A DNA stretch of 64,000 bases, taken from positions 20,150,001-20,214,000 of the forward strand of contig OX597815.1 in the NCBI GenBank assembly GCA_951406725.2, in the 5' to 3' direction. Shown here in pieces: positions 26,690-39,213 of the stretch. Every line of letters begins with the position of its first letter. Position 1 is the stretch's first letter. This DNA comes from Octopus vulgaris. Its lineage: Eukaryota. The translations under genes and the position numbers were made by a program. Below the pieces are notes generated by a model. The model was given only the letters and a program-made list of their open reading frames with translations, was not told the DNA's origin and ran no database searches.

Positions 26690-27475
26690 TTAAATGTAAT
26701 GTGGATAATGCTTGTGAATAAAAGTAGATATAGAAGTACAGCGGAGGATAGTATGGAGAGTCATCCGTTTCTTTGGGTCCAGGTGAAGTGACCAAAAAAC
26801 AATATAACGCAGGTCTCGGGCGATTCGTTTGTCAAGTGGATCGTATGCACCTTTCAACATTTGTGAAACTTCACTAAAAGGCCTACGTTGCGTAATTACT
26901 TCGTACAATACTACGCCGAAAGACCAAATGTCCGTTGTAAAATCATATGGTTTACCGCTGTACACCTCGGGTGACATATATAATACTGTCCCGGCGCACG
27001 TGTATGCAAAAGGCGTTAGCAATTTCCGAGCGAGGCCAAAATCCGAAATTTTAACACTGAAATTTTTGCTTACTAATATGTTTTGAGGCTTCAGATCCCG
27101 ATGAATAATATTTCGACTGTGCATATATCGCAAACCGAGAACTACCTGAGAAATAAGGTTGTATATCATCCATTGCGAACTTGAGCTGAAACGAAAATAC
27201 TGTATGACTTTGCTCAAATCACCAAAACTACAGTATTCAAGAACTATGGATAAACATCCGTTTTTATGAAAATACCCATAGAACTGGACAATAAAAGGAT
27301 GATTTAATTCCTTTAGAACTGATATTTCTTTCATTGCGGATGCTAGTTGTTTTTCATTTCGAACATTTCCAATTTCTTTCAAAGCGTATTGCTTTTTCGT
27401 CCAAACGTTAACAACGAGAAATACATTTCCAAATGTACCGGACCCTAATTTTTTCAGTATTCTGTAATAGCTCAT
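26690..27475 (-). CDS. Intronless NEK-like (NIMA-related) Ser/Thr protein kinase, kinase domain only, 261 aa
   Basis: Uninterrupted ORF with all kinase motifs: GSGTFG loop, YALK lysine, alphaC Glu (MKEISVL), HRDLKPQN, DFG, GTVLYMSPE, DIWSFG, DPKKR. LEYCSFGDL and GKPYDFTTDIWS are NEK-like. There is an A at -3 of the ATG. Confidence 0.9.
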   Translation of the reverse strand: MSYYRILKKLGSGTFGNVFLVVNVWTKKQYALKEIGNVRNEKQLASAMKEISVLKELNHPFIVQFYGYFHKNGCLSIVLEYCSFGDLSKVIQYFRFSSSSQWMIYNLISQVVLGLRYMHSRNIIHRDLKPQNILVSKNFSVKISDFGLARKLLTPFAYTCAGTVLYMSPEVYSGKPYDFTTDIWSFGVVLYEVITQRRPFSEVSQMLKGAYDPLDKRIARDLRYIVFWSLHLDPKKRMTLHTILRCTSISTFIHKHYPHYI

Positions 27476-27553
27476 AATTTCGCTTGTCTCAAATATTGTT
27501 CTACTTCGTCATTTGATTCAATTAAATTGACATTATTAGCTACAAATGTATCA

Positions 27554-27559
27554 TTTATA
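27554..27559 (-). promoter_or_regulatory. Candidate TATA box for the kinase ORF
   Basis: CTATAAAT on the minus strand about 80 nt upstream of the ATG. The AT-rich background makes this weak. Confidence 0.3.
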
Positions 27560-27894
27560 GTTATTCTGTACTTGCTCATACACACATATGTATGTATGTG
27601 TTTTAATTAAATATTTATAATTACTGTTTTCGAGGGTACGCAAGTTCGAGTGAAACACTGAAAATGAATATAGTCTTGTAACGAAGTTTTATAATGAAGG
27701 TAAGGTATATTTTTGTCGGAAGATGGAAACAATTACCAAAATCATTGGATGCCTGGGCGTTCTACGTTCAAATGCTTGCAGAATGTTTTCTGCATATTTA
27801 CAAGGGCAATAATCTATTATTACTTAATATTACTTAACGATCAGGGAAAGTAAGCAACACAAAATAGAGTGCGGTAATTCATTTCGGCTAAAAA

Positions 27895-28127
27895 GGCGGC
27901 GAGCTGGCAGAAACGTTAGCACGCTGGGCGAAATGCGTAGCCGTATTTCGTCTGCCGCTACGTTCTCAGTTCAAATTCCGCCGAGGTCGACTTTGCCTTT
28001 CATCCTTTCGGGATCGATTAAATAAGTACCAGTTACGCACTGGGGGTCGATATAATCGACTTAATCCGTTTGTCTGTCTTTGTTTGTTCTCTCTGTGTTT
28101 AGCCTCTTGTGGGTAGTAAAGAAATAT
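27895..28127 (+). mobile_element. SINE family C monomer
   Basis: GGCGGCGAGCTGGCAGAAACGTTAGC...GGGTAGTAAAGAAATA. Confidence 0.9.
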
Positions 28128-28170
28128 ATATTTTATCGACCCGAAATAATGAAAGGCAAAGTTGACATCG

Positions 28171-28253
28171 ACTTACACGTTAATTTCACGAGCAGGCTGT
28201 TCCGTTGATCGGATCAACCGGAACCCTCGTCGTCGTAACCGACGGAGTGCTTC
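28171..28253 (+). mobile_element. SINE family A, 3' fragment
   Basis: ACTTACACGTTAATTTCACGAGCAGG...GACGGAGTGCTTC matches about 596-679. Confidence 0.85.
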
Positions 28254-28606
28254 AAGATGAACGAGAAAATAAACTAGAGCTTGCTTCCAGTTAATTCTTT
28301 CTTCCCCAAGATGTTGAACACGTTTAAAAAGTTTAAAAACCATCTTAATCTTATTAAACGAAGCAATTTGTCTGCTTCCTTCTCAATCCTCAGAATTCCC
28401 TCCTCGCAACAGGTCTACCCTGAACTGAGAAACGCTACCCTGCTAGCCCAATAATATTTTTTTATTACAAATTTTGGCACAAAGCCATCAATTTTTAGTG
28501 GGAGGGGTTAATTGATTATTGTTTTCGTGGGTACGCAAATTCGAATGAAACATTGAAAATGAATATACTCTTGTATTTGGCCGGTGCTATATTTTATCGA
28601 CCCGAA

Positions 28607-28839
28607 GGCGGCGAGCTGGCAGAAACGTTAGCACACCGGGCGAAATGCGTGGCCGTATTTCGTCTGCCGTTACGTTCTGAGTTCAGATTCCGCCGAGGTC
28701 GACTTTGCCTTTCATCCTTTCAAGGGTCGATAAATTAAGTACCAGTGGCGCACTGGGGTCGATGTAATCGACTTAATCCGTTTGTCTTGTCCTTGTTTGT
28801 CCCCTCTGTGTTTAGCCCCTTGTGGGTAGTAAAGAAATA
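28607..28839 (+). mobile_element. SINE family C monomer nested in an older opposite-strand relative
   Basis: 19-bp TSD TATATTTTATCGACCCGAA at 28588-28606 and 28840-28858. Confidence 0.9.
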
Positions 28840-29000
28840 TATATTTTATCGACCCGAAATAATGAAAGGCAAAGTTGACATCGACGAAATTTGAACTCCA
28901 AACGTATAGGAATACCACTGAGTATCTCGTACAACGTGCTAATGATTTCTGCCAGCTGGCGAAATATGTTTTCCTTACCAACGAATATAGGAAACCAAAA

Positions 29001-29584
29001 GGCAGCGAGCTGGCAGAAACGGTAGCACACCGGGCGAAATGCTTAGCCGTATTTCGTCTGCCGCTACGTTCTGAGTTCAAATTCCGCCGAGGTCGACTTT
29101 GGTTTTCATCTTTTCGGGATCGATTAAATAAGTACCAGTTACGCACTGGGGTCAATATAATCGACTTAATCCGTTTGTCCTCTCTTTGTTTAGCCCCTTG
29201 TGGGTAGTAAAGAAATATGTATTTCGTCTGCCGTTACGTTCTGAGTTCAAATTCCGCCGAGGTGGACTTTGCCTTTCATCCTTTCGAGGTCGATAAATTA
29301 AGTAGCAGTTGCGACCTGGGGTCGATATAATCGGTTTAATCCGTTTGTCTGTCCTTGTTTGTTCTCTCTTTGTTAAGCCCCTCGTGGGTAGTAAAGAAAT
29401 ATGTATTTCGTCTGCGTAACGTTCTGAGTTCAAATTCCGCCGAGGTCGACTTTGCCTTTCATCCTTTCGGGGTCGATAAATTAGGTACCATTTGCGATCT
29501 GGGGTCGATGTAATCGACTTAATCCGTTTGTCTGTCCTTGTTTGTCCCCTCTGTGTTTAGCCCCTTGTGGGTTATAAAGAAATA
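29001..29584 (+). mobile_element. SINE family C trimer
   Basis: One head plus 3 units. 15-bp TSD AATATAGGAAACCAA at 28984-28998 and 29585-29599. Confidence 0.9.
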
Positions 29585-29771
29585 AATATAGGAAACCAAT
29601 TCTAAATATGCTTCCTTTCCTGTTGAATTGTAAGCTTTGCCAAAACTGGCAGAAGTATTAAAGAACGAGTCGATAAGCAAAACGCAAAATTAAATATTTA
29701 TTGGTGTGGTACGGGTATAGATGGCTTTACAAATAAATGGACTCTGTTTGTAGCTCTCTCTCTCTCTCTCT

Positions 29772-30198
29772 CTCTTTTACTCTTTTACTTGTTTCAGTCG
29801 TTTGACTGCGGCCATGCTGGAGCACCGCCTTTAGTCGAGCAAATCGACCCCAGGACTTATTCTTTGTAAGCCCAGTACCTATTCTATCGGTCTCTTTTGC
29901 CGAACCGCTAATGTTACGGGAACTTAAACACACCAGCATCGGTTGTCAAGCAATGCTAGGGGGACAAACTCAGACACACAAACATATACACACACACTTA
30001 TATATATATATATACATATATATATACATATATAAGACAGGATTCTTTCAGTTTCCGTCTACCAAATCCACTCACAAGGCATTGGTCGGCCCGGGGCTAT
30101 AGCAGAAGACACTTACCCAAGATGACACGCAGTGGGACTGAACCCGGAACCATGTGGTTGGTAAGCAAGCTCCTTACCACACAGCCACTCCTGCGCCT
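29772..30198 (-). mobile_element. SINE family B, full length
   Basis: High identity to 2581-2997 and 46330-46736. Confidence 0.88.
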
Positions 30199-30254
30199 AT
30201 TTTTATTTTTTTTACTCTTCTTTGAAATCCTTGAATATCATTTGAACTTGTAAG

Positions 30255-30880
30255 TGTAACTGTGATAAGTTTACTTCCCAGCCACATTGTTCCGAGTTCA
30301 ATCTCACTGCGTGTCACCTTGGCAAGTGACTTCTACTATAGCCTCGGGTCTACCAAAGCGTTGTGCGTGGATGTGGTAGACAGAAACTAAAAGAATCCCT
30401 ATTTCTTTACTACCCACAAGGGGCTAAACACAGAGAGGATAAACAAGGACAGACAAACGGATTAAGTCGATCACATCGACCCCAGTGCGTAACTGGTACT
30501 TAATTCATCGACCCCGAAAGGATGAAAGGCAAAGTCGACCTCGGCGGAATTTGAACTCAGAACGTAACGGCAGACGAAATACGGCTACGCATTTCGTCCG
30601 GCATGCTAACGTTTCTGCCAGCTCGCCGCCATAAAATCCCGTCTTGTGTGCGTGTGTGTGTGTGTGTGTGTGTATCTGTCAGTATTTGTCTCACACCACT
30701 GCTTGACAACCAGTGTTGGTGTGTTTACGTCCCTGTAATCTAGCGGTTCGGCAAAAGAAACGTACTAGGCTTAAAAAAATAAATATAAATACCGAGATCA
30801 ATTCGTTTGATTAAAATTCTTCGCAGCAGTGTCCCATCATGGCCGCAGTCTAATGACTGAAACATGTAAAAGAATAAAAA
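30255..30880 (+). mobile_element. SINE family B, diverged, interrupted by a family C copy (30398-30630)
   Basis: Family B blocks lie on both sides of the nested insertion, with a short duplicated AATCCC at the junctions. Confidence 0.75.
30398..30630 (-). mobile_element. SINE family C monomer
   Basis: Reverse complement of the family C monomer, nested in a family B copy. Confidence 0.9.
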
Positions 30881-31641
30881 ATAGAATCACACCTGCACGT
30901 CATTGCATACCTTGATAAATTTAAAACAGTAAGAGTGGTAAACAAGGTATTGAAATATAGTGAAATTGGGGACTGAAACCAAATTGTGAAGATGATTTGC
31001 TGGAGATTATAGCACTATTAAAGACCCTATTATCATTTCATTCAAGTGTGCTGGACATTAGGAAATTTCCTCTTTATTATAAATACTTTATATTGGCGGG
31101 GTGGGTATATAAAATAATTATGGTCAGATATTCTCTTCACCTATTTTCTCTTTATTTGCCACTGTGGGTCTCTAAATACATTATACTTGTAATGTTTTAC
31201 AGATTCACAAGAACATTTATTCAATTTCTTTCGAAATTATTTAAATGAGAAGTCGAATCAATATTTATCCGTATTTTGCCATAAAATATAATCTGTCTTA
31301 TAACTGAAATCTTTAAGGTGTGATAATACACAAATGAAATATCATTGCCAAGTTTTGAAGTTAATAAATACTATTTGGGGCCTCCCTTCACTTATGTTAT
31401 TGCCAATACTTTCCCTCATATAATCACCATACCGTTGTTATCGGACCAAAATTTAATTTTTTTTTTTATTAAATTACAAACTTTACACTGTTTAGCAACG
31501 AAAGCACAATTTTTGAATAATTTATTTAGCTAAGTTATGGTTGTGAGGGTTATGACGTGAGCTTCGAAGCAACATGGTTCCAAATTCGATCACACTACGC
31601 CGCACCTTAAGTAATATCTTTTGCCATAGTCTCGAGTTTGA

Positions 31642-32014
31642 CCCAGTGGTTAGGGCAGCGGACTCGCGGTCATAGGATCGCGGTTTCGATTCCCAGACCG
31701 GGCGTTGTGAGTGTTTATTGAGCGAAAACACCTAAAAAGCTCCACGAGGCTCCGGCAGGGGGGGGGGGTGATCCCTGCTGTACTCTTTCACCACAACTTT
31801 CTCTCACTCTTACTTCCTGTTTCTCTTGTACCTGTATTTCAAAGGGCCGGCTTTGTCACTCTCTGTGTCACGCTGAATATCCCCGAGAACTACGTTAAGG
31901 GTGCACGTGTCTGTGGAGTGCTCAGCCACTTACACGTTAATTTGACGAGCAGGCTGTTCCGTTGATTCGGATCAACCGGAACCCTCATCGTCGTTACCGA
32001 CGGAGTGCTTCCAT

Positions 32015-32017
<3 letters not shown>
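31642..32017 (+). mobile_element. tRNA-derived SINE, family A, lacking the first ~15 nt
   Basis: High identity to 295-679. Fused at its 5' side to a decayed family-B head (about 31550-31641) and followed by (TA)n. Confidence 0.88.
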
Positions 32018-32050
<33 letters not shown>

Positions 32051-32069
32051 GTGTGTGTGTGTGTGTGTG

Positions 32070-32118
<49 letters not shown>

Positions 32119-32826
32119 TATCTTGGTATCGGCTACGTTTTAGTGCCTCGCTGGAGTACTCTGGAACTTCATCAGATCTTGCTTATTGAAATATATTTGA
32201 TGCCTTTTATTTGGGAAATGAATTGTAAATGGATGTACAATAAAGGTGCTGTTTTATTCCTGAAACGACTCAGACGGTTTTTCAAATTATGTTTGACCGC
32301 AACATCCACAAAGTTATCTTTCTTCAGATCTTTACACAACCACTAACTCTGTGCTGCTTCATGTCCCAACACTCATAGATCAAAGGCGAAGAAAAGCTTC
32401 CCGCTTTTTTATCCATAAACCAGAACTGTGTCTGAAATGTCTGAAATTCCTCTCCCAACGAGAAACATGAAACCTTATCACTAAATGAAGTATTCACCTA
32501 CACAGACAACCACTAATCTTTGTAGATTCTATGCGTTATAAACTGTTATTCAGCAAAAAAGTATCCCTCCTTTAAACAGGTCCCTTTCATTCCCATTCTT
32601 ATCCTCCCTTTCCACCACCAAAACCACTCTTTCCTAATTTCTCTTCCTTTCTTTCTCTCACTAATCCCTACTACACATTTGAAACAGCTAATCTCCTTTT
32701 CTCTGCATTCACAGAATAAAGACAGTGAAAACGTTTCCCTTTACCCTAAATATCTACTGTTATGAAGAATTAATTCCTATACAGGGTATATATATATATA
32801 TATTTGTGTGTATATATGTATATGTG

Positions 32827-32958
<132 letters not shown>

Positions 32959-33013
32959 TGTGAAATACTAAATTGAATTTTTCCCTGTAAGTTTATACTA
33001 CCTAACATCATTA

Positions 33014-33098
<85 letters not shown>

Positions 33099-34215
33099 TA
33101 TGTATGTATGTATGTATGTATGTGCATGATTTGGTTTAGAAAGAATATAATGTTAGAAGTGGTTAAGTTTTGGCTTATATTTTGTCAATGTGCCATTGGA
33201 ACACCAACACAAGTTAGATGAAATAAAGAAACCTGCTTCATTGAAAAATATAAGCCAAAACCTAACCCATTTCTAGCAATTTTAAATATGGAAACTTATC
33301 TCCCTTATAGTGAAAAAATCCCTAATTACCTTCTCCTGTCGGGAACTTTCATACTTTACTTCATAGTGAAGAGATGACACAATATCGGTAAAGAAATTTG
33401 AAAAGAAAATACGAAACAGGTTATTTCTCTAAAAACAATGCTACTTTACACAAAATTTTATAACATTTTCCTAACATAACGATTTAAATATATTCTTTAA
33501 CTATTTAACACAAGTTTCCTTATTTAAGATTACTAGAAATGGTTAAGTTTTGGCTTATGTTTTTCAATGAAGTAGGTTTCCTTATTTCATCTAACTTGTG
33601 TTGGTGTTCCAATGGCACATTGACAAAATATAAGCTAAAGCTTAACCATTTCTAGCAATTTTAAATAAGGAAACGTACCTCATTGGGAAGAATATAAAGC
33701 AAAACTTAAACGCTTCTAACATTCTATTCTTTCTAAACCAAATCATTCTAAATTAATAAGACCTAGTCATTTCCAACATTTTTGTTTATCTCCCATATAC
33801 CGAAAAATCCCTGATTACCATCTCCTGTCTGGAACTCTCACACTTCACTTCATAGTGAAGAGAGGACAAAATATCAGTAAAGAAATTTGAGAAATTTGAA
33901 AAGAAAATACGAAACCAGTTATTTCTCCAAAAACAATGTTACTTTACACAAAATTTTATAATGTTTTCCTAACATAACGATTGAACCATATAACACAAGT
34001 TGTTTTTTCAGTATATTTTGTCTCATATATATATGTGCGTGTGTGTGTGTATGTATGTATATGTATGTATATATATGTATGTATATGAATGTATGTATAT
34101 GTATGTATATATATAAATATGTATGTTTATGTATGTATATGTATGTATGTATATATACGTATGTATGTATATATATGTATATGTATGTATATATACATAT
34201 GAATGTATATATATG

Positions 34216-34292
<77 letters not shown>

Positions 34293-34294
<2 letters not shown>

Positions 34295-34533
34295 TTCAGT
34301 CATTTTGACTGTGGACATGCTGGAGCACCGCCTTTAGTCGAGCAAATCGACCCCATGACTTATTCTTTGTAAGCCTATACTTATTCTATCGGTCGCTTGT
34401 CAAGGTATGTTGGAGGGACAAACACAGACACACAAACATACATATATATATATATATATACAAATATATACGACAGGCTTCTTCCAGTTTTCCTCTACCA
34501 AATCCACTCACAAAGCTTTGGTCGGCCCGAGGC

Positions 34534-34535
<2 letters not shown>
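34293..34535 (-). mobile_element. SINE family B, internally deleted partial copy
   Basis: TTTCAGTCATTTTGACTG...GGTCGGCCCGAGGCTATA, lying between TA tracts. Confidence 0.75.
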
Positions 34536-34585
<50 letters not shown>

Positions 34586-34800
34586 GGTTGCAAGAGATAA
34601 TGGTGTCATTGAGGCCCAAGGGTGTCAGGTAATGCTGAATAAGTATTATAGACAGACCACAGTTAAGTTCCAGATTCGGTAATATTGCGAATAAAGGGTT
34701 CAACGTTGGTTCTATGTCAGCGTGTGTATATCATAATTTTTTGCGTAATAAGATAAAAAACCAAGGCTGTATAGATATTAGAGCACTTATAGACAGATGG

Positions 34801-34850
34801 TCTTACAGCAGTTTCTAGGATATTAATTAATAATATCCCTTCATCGGAGA
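34801..34850 (-). ncRNA. Degenerate Penelope-type hammerhead motif
   Basis: TCT-CCGATGAA-GGGATATT[ATTAATT]AATATCCT-AGAAAC-TGCT-GTA-AGA. Confidence 0.5.
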
Positions 34851-35805
34851 TGGTGTGAGAGGAAAAATTAAGTCATAGTTAGTTGTTTCGAAGTGATACA
34901 AATAGAGAGTGAGGTAGAGGAAAGAAAATAGATGTAAGATATGTATGGGTATTGAAGTTGTAAATCCGTTTTATAGGCATAATGGTATATATGTGTAATA
35001 TTCCAATATCCTTTGAGTAAAATCCAAAAGTCCAACAGAGACCTTCCAAATATAGAGTTTATAAGCAATGTAAGATTCTCTTAAACTTGGTCATTCACAG
35101 TAGGGAATTTATATAGAGTGTAGCAGAGTCAAGGTTTGTATTTAAAATGACCTGGAAATAGGGAGTGTATTAATATGGTTAAATTGAAAACAAGAAGAGA
35201 GGAATAAAATAAAGAGATAAAAGAGAAAAAGAAAGAGAAAAAAAAGAGAAAGAAGAGGAGAAAAAGCAAGAATGAAAGAGAAATGAGAGAGAAGATTAGT
35301 AGAAGTAACAAAATAATAATAAAAAAAATTTTAATGAAGAATAAAAACCCTGAAGATATGAATAAAGGGAGTAAAGAAAAAAGAAAAATTAAGATATAGA
35401 TCAGTCAGTGGTCTTGGGGATAATTTGCAAGTAGGAGTGGGGATAGAGAGAGAAAGGAATTATAGTGTAAAAGATAGAGGAATGGTGGGGGTTAAGAGGT
35501 AGAGGAAAGACCAATGTGTAGTAGTAGCTTCTAATTGTGAGGCAAAGGTATGAAGAATTAAGGAAATAGCAGTGTTAAGTAATCTGAGAAAATATATATG
35601 TGAAGATGTATATACATGTATATATCAGATAAGTTACATAAGTCCTGCATTGCTGCAGTCAAATGACTGAAACAAATAAGAGAATAAAAGAATAATTATA
35701 AATGAAAAGTAAATGGAGATTCACGATTGACATATTTTAATTTAGTAATATAAGACTATATTATTATTATTAATATAGTATAATATAAATACAAATATTA
35801 TAATC

Positions 35806-36035
35806 GGATCTTTTCCTTTTGAACGGCACTTTGTAACATAATTTCTAGGTAACTAAAAGGTTTTAAACTTCGTATACTGGTAGAATGTGTTTATAAAACA
35901 TCATTTTCTCTTGGCTTTATTGAGAAAATTCTATAGGTTGTAACATATTTCGTCTAAAATTTCTTGCATTTCGGCAATTTTAACCAATCAATTACCTCCA
36001 TTGATGTAAATAACATTCTGTGCATAATGAATATA
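35806..36035 (-). mobile_element. MITE, partial, second subfamily (TIR GGATCTTTTCCTTTTGAACGGCAC)
   Basis: One TIR plus about 230 bp of body. The TIR variant is shared with the end at 47960. Confidence 0.8.
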
Positions 36036-36553
36036 ATCCTACAAATTGTTTCGCTTCAGACCCAATAATGAATTTATAAAAAAATCATGTTTATAGGTAA
36101 GAATCTCACCAGTCTGTACTAGGAACCTCATATGTAATTTTTTGCTAATTTTTGTCAAAATATTTGTAAGATTATAATATTTGTATTTATATTATATTAT
36201 GTTATATTATATTATAATAATAATAATAATATATTATTATGTTGATAAATTAATATATGTCAATCGTAATTCTCTATTTTCTTTTCATTTTTGAATATTG
36301 AGTATATACCCATTTAAGTTATAGAAAAGTTTTTCTCTGCCATATTGGGTATTAGACTGCCAAACCAGTGAAAAATTGGATGTTTCCATCCCTTTAAAGG
36401 AAATTATTTTCCTTGTATTGGATTTTAATTTTAATTTTTATATATATATAGTTAATCCAAACATGAAAACACAAAGAGAAAACACAACAACGCGAGGACG
36501 TGGAACAAGTATAGTGTTATTGGACGCTCAGGAAAGGAAAGAAAGAAGGAGGA

Positions 36554-36586
36554 TTTAACGTTTCGAGCGGAGTTCTTCGTCAGAAA
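36554..36586 (-). ncRNA. Penelope-type hammerhead-like motif within a pLTR-like remnant (about 36450-36660)
   Basis: TTT-CTGACGAA-GAAC-TCC-GCTC-GAAACGTT-AAA. Similar motifs occur at 11455-11490 (+) and 57786-57818 (-). Confidence 0.45.
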
Positions 36587-36770
36587 CATAGGAAAAGGAA
36601 AGATCCAAGGAAGGGAAGACAGAAGGGAAAAAAATTGCCAACGATACACACGCGGTCACATATACATACATATATTGAATCGGTTTAGCCAATTAATTTC
36701 AAACAGAATCCTTTACTTATTCGTTTGTGCTTGAAGGCAGTTTCCACGAATATCTTTCGATCTTTCACTA

Positions 36771-37462
36771 AGGCGGCGAGCTGTCACAATTGTTACCGTC
36801 CCGGAAAAAAAAACCTTAACAGCATTTCGTTCGTCTTTATGCTCTGAGTGCAAATTCCGCCAAGGTCGACAAAAAGGTAAAGTTAACCTCAGCGGTATTT
36901 GGACTCTGAACGTAAAGAACCGGAAGAAATGCCGCTAAGCATTTTGTCCGGCGAGCTAACGAGTCTGACTGTTCACTGACATATATATTATTTAATAAAC
37001 CTTTCTTTTATAGGCACAAGACCTGAAATTTCAGGGTAGAGTGTTAGTCAATTATTTCAACTCCAGTGCTCCATTGGTATTTATTTTATCAAATACTTTG
37101 TCTTTGATCCTTTCGAACACGGTGGAATTTGAATTCAGAATGTGAAGACGGATGAAATTCTGCTAAGCATTTTGGTCCGGTATGTTAATGATTCTGCCAG
37201 CTTGCTACCTTCAATAATAATAATAATAATAATAATGATAATACTTGTGATTTCAAATTTTGGCACATGGTCTGCAATTTCGAGGGAAGTGTAAGTCGGC
37301 TACATCTACCTCAGTACTCAACTGTTACTTAATTTATCGAACCCTGAAAAGATGAAAGGCAAAATCTATTTCGGTGGAATTTGAACTCAGAATGTAAGGA
37401 CGAACGAAATGCCGCTAAGCATTTTGTCCGGCGTGCTAACGATCCTGCCAGCTCGCCGCCTA
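36771..37462. mobile_element. Cluster of older family C-related SINEs with a different 3' tail
   Basis: A plus-strand fragment (36771-36870) faces a minus-strand fragment (36870-36980). Two further minus copies follow (about 37008-37212 and 37250-37462) with a GGCACAAGG-type tail, which is also seen at 1370-1580 and 28470. Confidence 0.75.
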
Positions 37463-37475
37463 AATAATAATAACA

Positions 37476-37525
<50 letters not shown>

Positions 37526-38845
37526 TAATAATAATAAACTGCATTTTTTCCTTCTTCTACTAATCAGCTTTTGTTGAAAAATAGCAGATACATTGCAACA
37601 TTTAAATTTAGACATCAGTTCGAACCAAGGTAATATATAAGAATATATTTTTATGGGTGTTCTTTTACCAACTGCTGAGGAGCTATCAGTCATAAGATCA
37701 GTAAACATTGCTTGTTTGTCGTTGGGTCTTTGTATAAAATTCATTACATTTTATTAAAAAAAGAAGACAGAAAAGAAAACAAGACAGCTCTACTTTTCCA
37801 CGAAATGGTTCTGGAAAACAGCCAAAAGAAATGGTTTTTATATTATTATTGAAAATTCTGCATTCACTTTTTTATATATTTGCCAATATATCGGATGATA
37901 TCAGAAGTCTACAGGTCTTTACATCTTTATTTTTATTTTTATTTTCATTTTTATTTTTATTTTTTTGCAGTTCTTCCTGTTGTTTGTTTGTTTGTTTGTT
38001 GTTTTTATTTTTGTTGTTTTTTTTTGTTAGTTTTTTTTTTGTGGGAGGGGGTTATGAGATAGAAAAGGCTTATTAGAAACTGGAAAATATCCCTGTTGTA
38101 ACTTTTGTTGTTTCTATGCTTTATCGATTCGATCGAGTGCTCTTGGACGTGTTAGCAAAATTCCCTATTGTGAAGTTACATACTGACCCGTTCCTTTTAT
38201 GAACCTATATTGTGAGCAGACAGGCTTTTAACTGATTTCATATTGCTGAAAAACATTTGGCGTTCTTAAACTATTAGATGCTAACATCGAATGCGAGGTA
38301 TGCTTTATTATGTTCAACTCTCACAGTTATTGATTTCAAACAACTCGAACAGCAAGTATTTTCCTATAATAACAAACCTAAGTATCAGCATGTTATCCAA
38401 GTTAACAAAAGAAAACCAGACTAACTCATACAGGTGTAATAATACATTTTGACAATCAACCCATGACTGCCTCTTCGTGATTTGGACTTAACAACATTAA
38501 GCTAATATTTCTAGAAACAATACTTAGTAGAAAACTAAACAAGTGTAGCCTAAATGATATGCCTTAGCATACGAATTCCAGACAAGTGTCAGTATCAATT
38601 AATTTATCAAAAGCAGAACATAGTTTTCTTCAAGACAGATTAATGATGCTCCTTTCAGTTGTGCTTTCAGTATAGAGAGAAGTGGTATCCATACTCCTCT
38701 CTCTAAATGAACTGATTCACACAGAATAGGATAAATATTCAATGTTGAAATACGCTGTGATTGTAAAGGCTTGTAGTATGGAAAGTCAATCTTGCTTTAC
38801 CAGCTGTAATTTTAATTATCAGGAAAAAACAGTTTTGTTCAAGGG

Positions 38846-39213
38846 ATCTATCTATCTATCCGCTCAGTCGAAGTCGACTCTCGGTTACTCGATGGATCAG
38901 TGTCCTCCAGTCAGTTCTATCCTAGGCCGCTTCTTTCAGATTGGCCATGTCCATTCCGGTATTCCTCTTGATGGTGTCAAGCCAGCGGGTTCTTGGTCGG
39001 CCCCTTCCTATCTTGCCACTGACCATTCTGAGCATGATGTCCTTCTCCAGGGATTTTCTCCGCATAATATGACCGAAATATGCCAATCTATGCTTGGTGA
39101 TCCTAGCTTCTAGCGACATTTTCGGCCTGATCTGCTTAAGAACTTCTCCATTGGTGAGCCTCGCTGTCCATGGAATCCGTAAAAGTCTTCTCCAACACCA
39201 AAGCTCGAATGCA
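38846..39213 (-). mobile_element. RTE/BovB-like LINE 3' fragment
   Basis: AFELWCWRRLLRIPWTAR...RLAYFGHIMRRKSLEKDIML..VSGKIGRGRPRTRWLD...VTESRLRL, followed by a short (GATA) tail. Confidence 0.9.

Noticed and set aside
34860-35200. Penelope GIY-YIG remnant upstream of the hammerhead at 34801
   Set aside because: The position is suggestive, but no convincing motif could be read in any frame.
37665-37744. Possible short first coding exon (MNFIQRPNDKQAMFTDLMTDSSSAV G|GTAAAAG) on the minus strand
   Set aside because: It has no recognisable domain or partner exons. It cannot be supported without transcript data.
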